Part shown: one piece after another, positions 53,042 through 62,922 of the stretch
Numbering within the stretch: the stretch's first letter is position 1
Layout: every line of letters begins with the position of its first letter
DNA from: Roseibacillus sp.
GTDB lineage: Bacteria > Verrucomicrobiota > Verrucomicrobiia > Verrucomicrobiales > Akkermansiaceae
Direction: 5' to 3'
Length of the DNA stretch: 64,000 bases
Assembly (NCBI GenBank): GCA_051251855.1
Contig: JBPOGI010000003.1
Location: forward strand, 288,001-352,000
Made by a program: the position numbers and the translations under genes
Notes under the pieces: model-generated
Database searches by the model: none
Seen by the model: only the letters and a program-made list of their open reading frames with translations
Told to the model about the DNA's origin: nothing

Positions 53042-53464
53042 TCACTCTTCACCAAAGAAGGGGCTGTGGGGTTTCTGTTTGGTTTTGTCCCACTCGCGGC
53101 GCTTCTTTTTGGTCATGCGGCCTTGGTCGCCTTCTTGGCGGAAGATGCGTTCGTCTCGGAGGATTTTGCGTTTTTCTTCCACCGCTTTGAGGACGTCGGC
53201 GGAGGTGTGATCAAGGTGGGCTTCGCGGGCGAGAGGAGCGGAGACGCGTTTCTCGATGAGTTGCACGACCTCGATGTGACGAACATGGGTATTCTCGGGG
53301 ACGGTGATGTCGAGGTGGTCACCGACTTGGAGAGTGGTCGAGGGTTTGAGCGCCTTTTGAGCGCGCTTGATTTTGCCTGCTTGGCAGGCTTTGGTCGCTA
53401 GCGAGCGGGTCTTGTAGAGGCGGACGGCCCAGAGCCACTTATCGAGTCGGCAACTGTCAGGCAT
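53042..53464 (-). CDS. hslR: RNA-binding S4 domain protein (Hsp15-like)
   Basis: RLDKWLWAVRLYKTRSLA..AC..GK, KRVSAPLA, GRMTKKKRR. Confidence 0.88.
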   Translation of the reverse strand: MPDSCRLDKWLWAVRLYKTRSLATKACQAGKIKRAQKALKPSTTLQVGDHLDITVPENTHVRHIEVVQLIEKRVSAPLAREAHLDHTSADVLKAVEEKRKILRDERIFRQEGDQGRMTKKKRREWDKTKQKPHSPFFGEE

Positions 53465-53475
53465 GAGAGAGGAGT

Positions 53476-54744
53476 TTAGGGGCGTTTGTCTCCCGCAGGT
53501 GTTCGGTAGCGTGAGAGGGCGGTGAGGGTGTAGCCAGTACCGTAGGCTTGGTGGTAGTCGTAGAGAGGATAGTCCCACCAGGAGCCATTTTTTTCCTGCT
53601 TTCCGAGGAGGAGGCGGGCGAGTGGCTCGCGGAGATCGGCGCGGTCTTGTTCCTCTAACAGGGAGAAGGCTTCGGAGGCGTAGTAGTGTCCGTAATGGTA
53701 GAAGTAGCCGGAGAGTTGGAAGTGGGTTTCGTGAGGGATGGGGCGCTTGCGGCTGTTGGCGAGAAAGCCGTCTCGCTTAACGAGGCGGTCGAGCCACTCG
53801 ATGATGCGGGCGTCGGTGAGGTCTTCATCTTCGAAGGCACGGAGGGCAACGTTGCACGCCTGGCTGCGCGCGAGAGAGCCGGCGGGACGGTTGATGCCTC
53901 GGCGGGGGACTCGCCAGTGGGGAAGGGAGTAGGCGAAGGCTCCATCGGGGGATTCCTGCTTTTTGATGCTGCGAAGAGCTCGTTGGACGATACGGTCATT
54001 GAGCTGAATACCAAAGGTGTCGCGGGCATCGCGAAGGGCGAGGAGGACGGAGGCGGTGGTGAATGAGGTGGGAGATCCGGCGGGTTTCTGGGTGTGGACA
54101 ACGAAGTCATAGTAGCCCCAGCCTCCATTAATGAATTCGTAGCGATAGAGCATTTCCACTTGTTGTTCGGCCAGGCGAGCAAGGGCGGCTTGCTTAGAGA
54201 GGTTGCCGTCGTGGTAATGGTGGAGGGCGGCGAGAGTGCGGATGCCGTAGGCGTGGCCCCAGTTGTTGTAGATTGTGACTTGTTCGGCACGCCGCAGGCG
54301 GGGCAGTTGATCGAGGAGCCAGGCTTCGCCTTTCGCAATGGCGGCGATGGTTTCGGGGCGACGGTCTCCGGTGGAGAGAAGGCCTTCGAGGGCGAGGGCG
54401 CTGGCTCCGGTGCGGAAGGCGTGGTGAGCCCCAGGAATGGGGGCTTTGATATTGAGGCCTTTGGTCTTGGTGGCGCTGCCCCAAGAGCCGCTGGAGTTCT
54501 GTTTTTGAATAAGGTAGTCGAGGCCTCGTGTGATTGCTGATTCGAGTTCAGTGTCGAAATCAGGGGCGGGCTCGGGCGCTTTAGGGACGGGAGCGCTGTC
54601 GGTCTTTAGTTCGCTGGTCGCTGGAGGAGTAGTCTCGGATCTCGGAGTCGGGGCAGACTTCGGATCCTGAACGGGAGTTTCGGTTTGTCCGCTTGCCCAA
54701 AGAGTGAGGGAGAGCGTGCAAAGGGTGAGACGAGCAAGGGACAT
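53476..54744 (-). CDS. Secreted prenyltransferase/squalene-cyclase repeat protein
   Basis: GLDYLIQKQNSSGSW, NGGWGY, QESPDGAF, QEKNGSWW QW-like repeats. Confidence 0.8.
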   Translation of the reverse strand: MSLARLTLCTLSLTLWASGQTETPVQDPKSAPTPRSETTPPATSELKTDSAPVPKAPEPAPDFDTELESAITRGLDYLIQKQNSSGSWGSATKTKGLNIKAPIPGAHHAFRTGASALALEGLLSTGDRRPETIAAIAKGEAWLLDQLPRLRRAEQVTIYNNWGHAYGIRTLAALHHYHDGNLSKQAALARLAEQQVEMLYRYEFINGGWGYYDFVVHTQKPAGSPTSFTTASVLLALRDARDTFGIQLNDRIVQRALRSIKKQESPDGAFAYSLPHWRVPRRGINRPAGSLARSQACNVALRAFEDEDLTDARIIEWLDRLVKRDGFLANSRKRPIPHETHFQLSGYFYHYGHYYASEAFSLLEEQDRADLREPLARLLLGKQEKNGSWWDYPLYDYHQAYGTGYTLTALSRYRTPAGDKRP

Positions 54745-54747
54745 AAC

Positions 54748-56229
54748 CTAAAGGAGAATCACTTGGCCTTCTTCGAGTCCGGAGAGAACTTCCACGACTT
54801 TACCGTTCTTTTTACCGAGTTCGATGGGGCGCTCTTCGGCGTCACCTTCGGAGAGTTTGACCATGACGTAGGTGGCACCGTCTTCATGAGTCTTGATCGC
54901 GTCGCTGGGAATGGTGATGGTGCTTTCCGCCTGATAGAAGACGAGCTCAGCCTTGTCCTTTTCACTGGGGAACTGGAAGTCTTTGGCAGGCTTGGCTGCG
55001 AGGGTGACGAGGTGTTTGCCGCTGAGGTTAGGGTAGGAAGCGATGGTGACTTCGGGCGCGCCTTCGTTGCTTTCGGCGAGGGAGGTTTGCAGTTCTTTGA
55101 CCTTTTCGGTGTCGAGGAGGGCGTGGATGGCAAGAGGTGAGTCTTTAGCGACGAGGGTGAGGACGGTATTGTTGGTGGGAACATTGCCGCCGACCTTGAG
55201 GAACTCGCCGGTTTTGCCTTTCTTCCACTGGCCATCGGCAAGTTCGCCATAGACGAGGTTGCCATCGAATTCGGCGACGATGTCGAAGAGCTTGCGGTCA
55301 GCCTCGGTCTCGGCGAGGGCTTCCTTGGTGTCGGTGAGGGTGCGTTCGAGTTTGGCGACTTCGAGTTTCTTGAGTTCGTAGCTTCGCTCAAGATTGAGTT
55401 TGGCGGTGGCGTAGTCGATGCGGGCGGTTTCGACTTTTTCTTGGAGTCCGATGAGTTCGCGAGGAAGGGTTGTTTCGAGCGAACGGGCGTTGCGGCGCTT
55501 TACGTCCTTGAGGTTGTTCTCTGAATTGCGAACGTTGGCTTTTTGGCGAGTGAGGATGATTTCCTCGGTCTCTTCGGTGATGTCGTCTTCCTCATACATT
55601 TTGAGGAGTTGGGTGAGTTCTTCCTTTTGGTAGCTGAGGTAGTCCTCGGCTTGCTGTTGGGATTGGGCGAGGGATTCCTTGCGTGCGGGAAGTCCGGTGG
55701 TTTGATGGTAGGCGAGGTCGGCTTCGGCGTTGTCCATACGGCGCTTGGCTCCAGCGAGGGTGAGGGCGTTCTTTTGCTGAAGTTCGGTGAGCTCGCGATT
55801 AGCGATGGCGAGTTTGAGTTCCTGCGATTTGACGTTGTCGGCTTGGTCGATGAGGGACTTGTCGATAGCTTCTGTTTTGAAAACAATGAGAGGTTCGCCA
55901 GCTTTGATTTCAGCGCCGTGATCAGGGACGGATTCGATCGAGAAGGACTTCCAGCGCTCGGGAGTGAGGGTGAGCGTTTGGGTTTTGGTGGGAATGAGAA
56001 TGCCGCTGATTTCGGTCTTGATGGAGAAGGGACCTGCAGTGACGGTGTGCTCCTTAGCGTTGGGAGGCGCTTTCTCTTTCACTTGAGGAACTTCTTCAAT
56101 GAGGTCTTCCGCGACTTCTTTGACGTCCTCTTTGACGTCCTGAGCATCTTCCTTTTTTTCGACGGTTGGTTCCTGCGCTGCGGAGGCCAAGGTGAGGGCG
56201 AGTGCAGCAAAAAGCGATTTCATAAGCAT
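54748..56229 (-). CDS. HlyD/MFP-like periplasmic adaptor protein
   Basis: Signal peptide, lipoyl-like halves flanking a long coiled coil, C-terminal VEVLSGLEEGQVI. Confidence 0.75.
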   Translation of the reverse strand: MLMKSLFAALALTLASAAQEPTVEKKEDAQDVKEDVKEVAEDLIEEVPQVKEKAPPNAKEHTVTAGPFSIKTEISGILIPTKTQTLTLTPERWKSFSIESVPDHGAEIKAGEPLIVFKTEAIDKSLIDQADNVKSQELKLAIANRELTELQQKNALTLAGAKRRMDNAEADLAYHQTTGLPARKESLAQSQQQAEDYLSYQKEELTQLLKMYEEDDITEETEEIILTRQKANVRNSENNLKDVKRRNARSLETTLPRELIGLQEKVETARIDYATAKLNLERSYELKKLEVAKLERTLTDTKEALAETEADRKLFDIVAEFDGNLVYGELADGQWKKGKTGEFLKVGGNVPTNNTVLTLVAKDSPLAIHALLDTEKVKELQTSLAESNEGAPEVTIASYPNLSGKHLVTLAAKPAKDFQFPSEKDKAELVFYQAESTITIPSDAIKTHEDGATYVMVKLSEGDAEERPIELGKKNGKVVEVLSGLEEGQVILL

Positions 56230-56350
56230 GTGTCTGGTAGTTACCTACCATAGAGCTTGGAAAAGGCGAGGGTAAAGGACTCACGGGCGATAGCGGCGCT
56301 TTCCGAAGGCGGGACGAGGTCGTCTATTCGTTCGTGAGAGGGGAAGGCGG

Positions 56351-56590
56351 TTACCGGTGGGGGCCGAGGTGGCAGCGCATGCCGGTGAAGTGCTCGTCGG
56401 CGTAGCTGAGGGGGCGAAAGACGTAGTAGAGAGCGGGCTTTTCCTTTGGGAAAATGACGTATTGGAGTCCGTCGGTGTGGGTGGCGACAAAAAGGAGGCG
56501 GAGCATGAGGTAGGCGCCTAGGTAGATGAACAGGACCCCGCTGGGGAGAGCGAGGATGTGTTTGAAGAGGCGGGTGGGGAGGAAGAGCAT
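56351..56590 (-). CDS. Small membrane protein
   Basis: One TM helix; YYVFRPL motif; ATG 7 bp downstream of the argD stop. Confidence 0.6.
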   Translation of the reverse strand: MLFLPTRLFKHILALPSGVLFIYLGAYLMLRLLFVATHTDGLQYVIFPKEKPALYYVFRPLSYADEHFTGMRCHLGPHR

Positions 56591-56596
56591 GGGAGG

Positions 56597-57853
56597 CTAG
56601 AGCTGATCGAGGGTTTGCTTGAGGATGGTGAGGGCCTCGCTGGTTTCGGCTTCGGTGATATTGAGTGGGGGTAGGAACCGGATGGCGTCGGGGCCAGCGG
56701 GGGGGACGAGGAGTTTGTTTTTGAGGAGCTCGCTGCAGAGGTGAACGGCGATGGTTTTGCCTTCGGGGGCTTTCATGGCATCGGGATTGAGGACGATGCC
56801 GAGCATGAGGCCTTTGCCGCGCACTTTGAGGATGGCGGGATGGTTCCAGCTGGCGATGGTCTCGCGGATTTGTTGCTCGCGAGCGAGGGCGTTGGCGGGA
56901 AGGTCGGCTTTAGCGATCTCGTTGAGGACGGCAAGAGAAGTTTGGGCAGCAAGGGGGTTGCCGCCGTAGGTGGAGCCGTGCGAACCGGGGCCGAGGAGGG
57001 AGGGCAAGGTGGTGCCTTCGTTGTCGACGGCACGGTCGTTGACCCAAAAGGCACCGATAGGAATACCGCCGCCCATGCCTTTGGCCCAAGAAATGGCGTC
57101 AGGTTGGAGGTCGGGGACGCCGAGGGCGCGCCAGGCCATCATTTCACCGAGCCGGCCGAAGCCGCACTGCACTTCGTCGAGGAGAAGGAGTAGGTTGTGG
57201 GTTTTGCAGAGACGGGCCACGCCTTCGAGGAACTCTGCGGTGGCGGGGTTGACGCCGCCCTCGCCTTGGATGGGCTCCAGTAGGATGGCGCAGGTCTCGG
57301 GGCTAATTGCGTCCGCGAGGGTGCTGAGCTGATTGAAGGGGACGTGGCGAAAACCGGGGAGGAGGGGATCAAAGCCTTCTTTGATTTTCTGCTGCCCAGT
57401 GGCGGCGATGCCTCCGAGGGTGCGGCCGTGGAAGGATTTGTTGAAGGTGATGATTTCCGACCGTGAGTTTCCGCTGACGGGGTCGGGGGTGTGATTGCCA
57501 AACCGGCGGGCGAGCTTGATGAGCCCGTCATTGGCCTCGGCACCGGAGTTGGCGAAGAAGGTCTTTCCCGAAATCTCGACGAGGTCGTTGATGAGCAGGG
57601 CGAGATGGGCGGCGGGCTGGGTGTGGTAGAGGTTGGAAACGTGGATGAGGGTGCGTGCCTGCTTCTCGATGGCATCGATCATCACGGGATGGCAATGCCC
57701 GAGGGAGCAGACGGCGATTCCGGCACAGAAGTCGAGGTAGCTTTGGCCTTGGTCATCCCAGACGCGAGTGCCTTCGCCTTTCACCAAAGTGAGAGGGAAG
57801 CGGGCGTAGGTCGCCAGAATGGGTGCGGTGGTAGGGTCAATGCTTGTGGACAC
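56597..57853 (-). CDS. argD: Acetylornithine/succinylornithine aminotransferase
   Basis: LDFCAGIAV.SLGH, NSGAEAN, SFHGRT, EPIQGEGG, DEVQ, AKGMGGG, HGSTYGGNPLA. Confidence 0.92.
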   Translation of the reverse strand: MSTSIDPTTAPILATYARFPLTLVKGEGTRVWDDQGQSYLDFCAGIAVCSLGHCHPVMIDAIEKQARTLIHVSNLYHTQPAAHLALLINDLVEISGKTFFANSGAEANDGLIKLARRFGNHTPDPVSGNSRSEIITFNKSFHGRTLGGIAATGQQKIKEGFDPLLPGFRHVPFNQLSTLADAISPETCAILLEPIQGEGGVNPATAEFLEGVARLCKTHNLLLLLDEVQCGFGRLGEMMAWRALGVPDLQPDAISWAKGMGGGIPIGAFWVNDRAVDNEGTTLPSLLGPGSHGSTYGGNPLAAQTSLAVLNEIAKADLPANALAREQQIRETIASWNHPAILKVRGKGLMLGIVLNPDAMKAPEGKTIAVHLCSELLKNKLLVPPAGPDAIRFLPPLNITEAETSEALTILKQTLDQL

Positions 57854-57970
57854 GCAAGAGATGAACCCTTTTTTCGCCTTTTGATCAAATCGGAAACAAG
57901 GCTTTGAGAAGGAACCTCTCTGCGCCACAAGCGGAAGGTAAGCTCTTCCGGCTCAGTCGAAGATCTGAAT

Positions 57971-58531
57971 CTACTTTTTCTTAGCTTCGGTGGTGACTGC
58001 TTTGGTCGTGCTGCCGCCGGCGAGAGGGCGGACGGTAATGACGTGCGCGTCCCAAGAGACTTTCGACTTGGATTGCGAGAGGACATACTTGAGCGCGACT
58101 GAAGCAGGGATGTTTCGGAGGCTGATGTTGACCTTATTTTTCTTGATGGTGCCGGAGGTGTCTTCAATAACGAAGTTGGGGACGAAGGTTTTATCACTGG
58201 CTTTTTCGACCATGACCGCGAGACCTTCGAGACTTTCTTCAAGGGTAAGATCTTCGAAGGCGACTTTGGGAAGGATGATCGAGTTGAGTTTATCTTGGCG
58301 GGCTTTAATGCGGGCACTGGCGGTGAGGTCCTTCATGGAGAGAAGGCGGTATTTAGCGTTGCCGTGTTTGGGATCGAGTTTGAGTGCGCTGCGGTAAGAG
58401 CTCTCGGCTAGGGCGATTTTTCCTTCCTTGAGAGCGGTTTCGCCTTGTTTGAAGTAGTCTTCAGCGTTGGGTGATTTGGCAAGAAGGGGGGTCGTTAGGC
58501 CCAAGACGAGGACGAGGATGAGGTGTTTCAT
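57971..58531 (-). CDS. Secreted TPR plus secretin/STN-like domain protein
   Basis: Signal peptide, one TPR (ALKLDPKH), then IILPKVAFEDLTLEE...ISLRNIP. Confidence 0.7.
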   Translation of the reverse strand: MKHLILVLVLGLTTPLLAKSPNAEDYFKQGETALKEGKIALAESSYRSALKLDPKHGNAKYRLLSMKDLTASARIKARQDKLNSIILPKVAFEDLTLEESLEGLAVMVEKASDKTFVPNFVIEDTSGTIKKNKVNISLRNIPASVALKYVLSQSKSKVSWDAHVITVRPLAGGSTTKAVTTEAKKK

Positions 58532-58625
58532 TTGTTTATTGGTGTTAGCGTTTTGAAATGATCGATCTGTGCAGGATCAACCACCTAGCACACTACATGA
58601 TACAGAGAGACACGTCAAGAACACC

Positions 58626-59126
58626 TCATCGCACGGGGGTGATGACGGTGGTGGCGAGCCAGGGGCCGGACTTGGGGTGAAGGGTGGCGTGCCAAAACCA
58701 AGGGGAGGGTGAAGTCCATGATTTGTGGCCGTCGGTGATTTGTTCGCGGACGTGAAGGGTCTGGTGGTGGTTGCTGGCGTAGTAGGTGAGCCAGTTGTCG
58801 GAGTCGACCTTGCGTTCAGTGATTTGATAGCCGCCGGAGCGGAGGCAGGTCTCGGAAGCGTGCAGGCGACGAGTGCCGCGAGTGGCACGTCGAAGGATGA
58901 CTTGGCGGCCGGCGGAGCGGAAGGTGGCGATGTCGCCGGGGAAGTCGCCGGCGAAGGTTTTCTCGAATTCGGTAGGCTCCACAAGGTGGAGCGCGGCCCC
59001 TTCGAAGTGGGTAGGCCACTCGGAGAGTTTGGGAATGATGGATTGGTCGCGGTGGGAGAAGACGCGTGCGCCTTGAATGAGCCCTAGGCTGGCGCCGAGG
59101 AGGAGGAGAGGTGTGGATGTGAGCAT
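58626..59126 (-). CDS. Exosortase-associated EpsI-like protein
   Basis: FAGDFPG, TRRLHASETCLR.GY (EpsI-like H...C motif), W...S.WFW. Confidence 0.7.
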   Translation of the reverse strand: MLTSTPLLLLGASLGLIQGARVFSHRDQSIIPKLSEWPTHFEGAALHLVEPTEFEKTFAGDFPGDIATFRSAGRQVILRRATRGTRRLHASETCLRSGGYQITERKVDSDNWLTYYASNHHQTLHVREQITDGHKSWTSPSPWFWHATLHPKSGPWLATTVITPVR

Positions 59127-59887
59127 TTTGTTTTGGTCTTTCGTTTGGTTTGTTTGATGAAGGTGAGAAGGATGAGGGCGACGAAAAGGTGGAGGGCGAG
59201 GCCGAGTGCTTCGTGGGTCCAATAGGGAAGGGTGAGGAGTCCGGCCTCGGGGAAGAAGAGGAGGGTGGCGCGTAGGATGTTGGCGAGAAAACTAAGAAGA
59301 ATGGCGCAGGGAATGAGGGGGAGGAATTTTTTCCATGGGAGATGATGGAGGGCAGCGAGAGCGCAGGTGAGGTAACCGGTGAACCAGAGCATGCGGATTC
59401 CAGAGCAAGGTGGGTCGACGCCGACTTCGGCGCTTTGGAAGAGGAGGAGGGTGCCTTCGCGGGTGACGGGGAGGCCACTGAGGGTGAGGAGGATTTCGGC
59501 GCAGGTGGCGATTCCCAGTCGGACGGGCCAGGCAAAGTAGAAGTTGAGGGAGGCCATCACGGGAAGGGAGAGGATGAGAAGGCCGGTGAGGCCCGGGTTG
59601 CGGATGAGACCGCTGGCAACGGCGATGGTGAGAAGGCTGAGGGTGGCGGTGAGCAGTGGTGGCAGGAAAAAGGAGGCGATGATGGTGAGGGTGAGTAAGG
59701 AGAGGCCGAGGAGTTGGTGGGGGCGAAAGCTCTGGAGCTGGGGCCACGCCAATATTCCAATGGTGATGAGGGCGAGAAGCCCAATGGGTTCGTTGGTAGG
59801 GTCGGTGGTGCGGCGAACAAACCAAAGAATCTGTGGCCACAACGCCAGTGCATAGGCGAGAATGGGCAGGATTACTTTGCGGCTCAT
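59084..59887 (-). CDS. Exosortase/archaeosortase family protein (XrtQ-like)
   Basis: Multi-TM; VDPPCSG (Cys), NILR (Arg), THEALG (His). Confidence 0.88.
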   Translation of the reverse strand: MSRKVILPILAYALALWPQILWFVRRTTDPTNEPIGLLALITIGILAWPQLQSFRPHQLLGLSLLTLTIIASFFLPPLLTATLSLLTIAVASGLIRNPGLTGLLILSLPVMASLNFYFAWPVRLGIATCAEILLTLSGLPVTREGTLLLFQSAEVGVDPPCSGIRMLWFTGYLTCALAALHHLPWKKFLPLIPCAILLSFLANILRATLLFFPEAGLLTLPYWTHEALGLALHLFVALILLTFIKQTKRKTKTKCSHPHLSSSSAPA

Positions 59888-59889
59888 GG

Positions 59890-61911
59890 CTATTGTTGGT
59901 GACGGCGGCGTGGGAAGAAGATGACGATGACTGTGACGAGGATCAGCGCGAGGGGGCCTGGCTCGGGGACGGAGCCGTTTTTGACGACTGCCTGGCTGTT
60001 GGCGATGCTGCTGGGGCCGGGCATGGCGCTGGCGTTGACTCCTTGGGGGAGAGGGGCAGGTTGGTGGGCGAGCTTGGGGGTGTGGTCGATTTGGCGGCTT
60101 ACGGTATCGACCGCGACAAAGGAGGTCCATGGGGTGAGGAGGGAGTATTTGAGGCCGAGATTGGCGACTTCGGCGATGGTGTCTTCTCCTTTGGTGAGCT
60201 TGGCGTAGTCGGCGAGGTGTCGCACGCGCTCGCGGGCCCAGAGGGGGCGGAGAGAGGGGTGGTTTCTGCCGGTTTTGGTGACGGCTTGGGCGAGGTCGAG
60301 GCTTTGGCTCCAAGTTTGGCCGCCGCCGGTGAGGCCGGTAACGGTGATTTGGCCTTTGGGCTCGCCGGTCCACTTGGCGGTGAGGGAAAGGGGTCGGTTG
60401 GCGAAGAGGTCGCGTGTTTGAGCAGGTTCTAAGTCGGTGATTGCTGCGTCGGTGGTAGTGACCTTGATGTTGGTGAGGACGGGGGAGGAGATGTAGCGCT
60501 GAAAGCGGTCGCTGACGGCTTCGGATTCGGAGGGCTTGGTGACGATAAAGGGTTCGCCCATGCCGACGGAGGCGAGTCCTTCGATGAGGTGACGGTTGAC
60601 CGAAGAACCGATGCCGAAGGCGAAGAGGTTGGCTTGTCCGAGATTCTCGCGAATGAGTTCAAAGGCGTCGGATTCGAAACTGATGAAGCCGTCGGTGATG
60701 ACCAAGAGGGAGCGTGAGCCATCGCGTTCTTGGGGCATGGCGATGGCCTTTTTGAGCGCGCTGACGAGCTCGGTGCCTCCGCCTCCGCTTTGGCGATCGA
60801 GGAAGGTGATGGCTTTGGCGATGTTTCTTTGGTTGGCGGGTAGTGGTTTGTTCGAGAGGGTGTTGGAGCCTCCGGCAAAGAGGAGCATGTTGAAGGTGTC
60901 TGTGGGGCGGAGGTCGTGGCAGAGGTTGTTGAAGAGTTGTTTGGTGGTGTCGAGGGGGAAGCCGTTCATGGAGCCAGAAACGTCAATGACGAAGAGGTAG
61001 TCGCGGGGTGGAATGTGCTCGGGGGTGACGCGGGCGGGAGGCTGGACGGTGAGTTGGAGAAAGTTCTCGTCGTCACCTTCGTGGAGAAGGAGACCGCTGG
61101 CGATGGCTTGGTCGGCGAGACGGTAGTTGATGAGGAGGTCGCGATTGTTACCGAGGTCGTTGCTCGAGCCCTTCCAAGAAAGTTCAGCGCTTTGTTTGGA
61201 AGTGAATTTGATGTCGATGGCATGGCTGGGGGACTCGACGGACTGAAGGGGGAGGCCAGCGCTGAGAGTGAGGTCGAGGCTGAAGGTGGTTGGGGAGGGT
61301 GCGTCTTCGCTCAAGAAGGGGTTGGCGATGGCTTGGTTGGCGTGGGCTCCTTTATTGCCGCCATAACGTGGTCCAAAGGTGGTGGGAAAGACGAACTGAT
61401 AGACGCTGTCTTCGGGCTTGAGGAGTTCGGAGTAGTGCAACTCGACAGTGATTTCGTCGCCGGGGAGAATGCGCGCTACCGACATTTGAAAGAGGTTGGG
61501 TCGGTGTTGTTCGAGAAGAGCGGCGGACTTGCTCTCGCTCTGGGCTTTTTTGAAGGTCTTTTTGGCTTCTTCTTTTTCCTGAATCTCGGCGGTGATGGTG
61601 CGGTTGCCGATGGTCATGGTCATGCCGTGGACGGCGGCGCCAGTGGAAGCAGGGAAGAGGTAGGTGGCATCGAGCGCTTGTCCGCCTTCGTTGGTGAAGG
61701 TTTGAGTGAGGGTGACTTGAGCAAGAGGGCCAGCGATGGAGACCTGAGCGTGGGTCGACTCTAAGGGGAGAAGATGTTGCTGAGAGTCATCGTTGCTTTC
61801 GGTGGCTTGGAAGTAAGGGAGGAGGGAGGTCTCGTTGGCAAGGCTGGCAGTGTTGGCGGCGAGGAGGACGAACAGGGTTGTAACGGTTGGTCGGATAGGT
61901 CGAATCGGCAT
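59890..61911 (-). CDS. VIT plus vWA domain protein with a PEP-CTERM tail
   Basis: VIT (QTFTN...YLFP), DVSGS MIDAS, GGTE, ITDG, FGIG; ends VPEPGPLALILVTVIVIFFPRRR. Confidence 0.92.
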   Translation of the reverse strand: MPIRPIRPTVTTLFVLLAANTASLANETSLLPYFQATESNDDSQQHLLPLESTHAQVSIAGPLAQVTLTQTFTNEGGQALDATYLFPASTGAAVHGMTMTIGNRTITAEIQEKEEAKKTFKKAQSESKSAALLEQHRPNLFQMSVARILPGDEITVELHYSELLKPEDSVYQFVFPTTFGPRYGGNKGAHANQAIANPFLSEDAPSPTTFSLDLTLSAGLPLQSVESPSHAIDIKFTSKQSAELSWKGSSNDLGNNRDLLINYRLADQAIASGLLLHEGDDENFLQLTVQPPARVTPEHIPPRDYLFVIDVSGSMNGFPLDTTKQLFNNLCHDLRPTDTFNMLLFAGGSNTLSNKPLPANQRNIAKAITFLDRQSGGGGTELVSALKKAIAMPQERDGSRSLLVITDGFISFESDAFELIRENLGQANLFAFGIGSSVNRHLIEGLASVGMGEPFIVTKPSESEAVSDRFQRYISSPVLTNIKVTTTDAAITDLEPAQTRDLFANRPLSLTAKWTGEPKGQITVTGLTGGGQTWSQSLDLAQAVTKTGRNHPSLRPLWARERVRHLADYAKLTKGEDTIAEVANLGLKYSLLTPWTSFVAVDTVSRQIDHTPKLAHQPAPLPQGVNASAMPGPSSIANSQAVVKNGSVPEPGPLALILVTVIVIFFPRRRHQQ

Positions 61912-62124
61912 GACGACGAGACCGTGCTCCGCTTCTGTGAAGTCTTGATGAAGGGAGTGTGAAAAAGGGAGGAGTTTGGGGTGTCCCAGTTTCAGGGGCG
62001 GCGGGTGAGGCCTTGAAAAACCGAATGTTCATCCCGCTCTGCGGGACAAGAATCAAAGTGATCTAGAAGGACGGAGTTGGTGGGGGCGGTCGAAGACCGG
62101 CGCTCCCAGTGACGTTCCCGTGGT

Positions 62125-62730
62125 CTAGTAGCCGCGCCAGGCGGTGAAGCTGAGGGCGAGGACGAGGATGCCGTAGGCAAGTCCGCCAAAGGCGAGTCCT
62201 TTCCAGCGGCCATCGGTTTTGGTGGCCCAGGTGACGGCGTCGCGGAACGTGTAGGGCATGCCAATCCAGAACATGCCTTTGGTGAGAAGGATATAGGCAA
62301 AGAGGGAGAGGACGACGCGGGAGCCGGGCTCTTTTAAGAAGGCGGACTCGAGAATGGGAGCGGCTACCATGAGTGCGACGACGCCGATGCCGCGGACGAA
62401 GAGAAACTCGCGCACTTGCATGATGAGGCCGACGCAGACGACGGGGATGCCAATTTGAAGGTACTTTTTGAGGAAATTGAATTCACCCAAGTCCATGGAG
62501 AGTTTGCCGAGCCAAGAAAAGGAGCCTCGAATATCAGGGGCGACGAGGAGCCAAAACCAGATGAGCCCGATGGCCATGGCGTAGACTCCAGCGTTGTAGT
62601 TGCGGGGAAGCTTTTTAAGGAAGGCCTTAGCGGGGTCGGGCTTGGCGAGCATGAGTGCGTGCGCGACCACGAGGTAGATACCGACCACGATTCCCACCGA
62701 GCTCATGGAGAGAGACTCGTAGGGATGCAT
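62125..62730 (-). CDS. Hypothetical multi-pass membrane protein
   Basis: About six hydrophobic helices; EFLFVRG and PYTFRD motifs; start uncertain. Confidence 0.7.
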   Translation of the reverse strand: MHPYESLSMSSVGIVVGIYLVVAHALMLAKPDPAKAFLKKLPRNYNAGVYAMAIGLIWFWLLVAPDIRGSFSWLGKLSMDLGEFNFLKKYLQIGIPVVCVGLIMQVREFLFVRGIGVVALMVAAPILESAFLKEPGSRVVLSLFAYILLTKGMFWIGMPYTFRDAVTWATKTDGRWKGLAFGGLAYGILVLALSFTAWRGY

Positions 62731-62827
62731 TGCTTCCTTCATCACAGTGCTGGTTAGGTAGGGGAGGCGGGCCATTTTGGCAACCCTGCATAGGTATTTT
62801 TGGAGTCGGTTTGCAGGGAGGCGGTAC

Positions 62828-62870
62828 AAAAAAGATTCCCGGTTCCCCCAATGAAGAGGAAACCGGGAAT
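62828..62870 (-). terminator. Intrinsic terminator after aqpZ
   Basis: attcccggtt...aaccgggaat stem with an A-run. Confidence 0.7.
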
Positions 62871-62922
62871 GTTGGGGGGGAGTGAGAAGCCAGACAGTGG
62901 CTTCTCCGAGGAAATTCTCTTT

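Noticed and set aside
59888..60373. Arg/Pro-rich N-terminal extension of the exosortase ORF
   Set aside because: Overlaps the VIT gene; the ATG at 59887 directly follows the VIT stop
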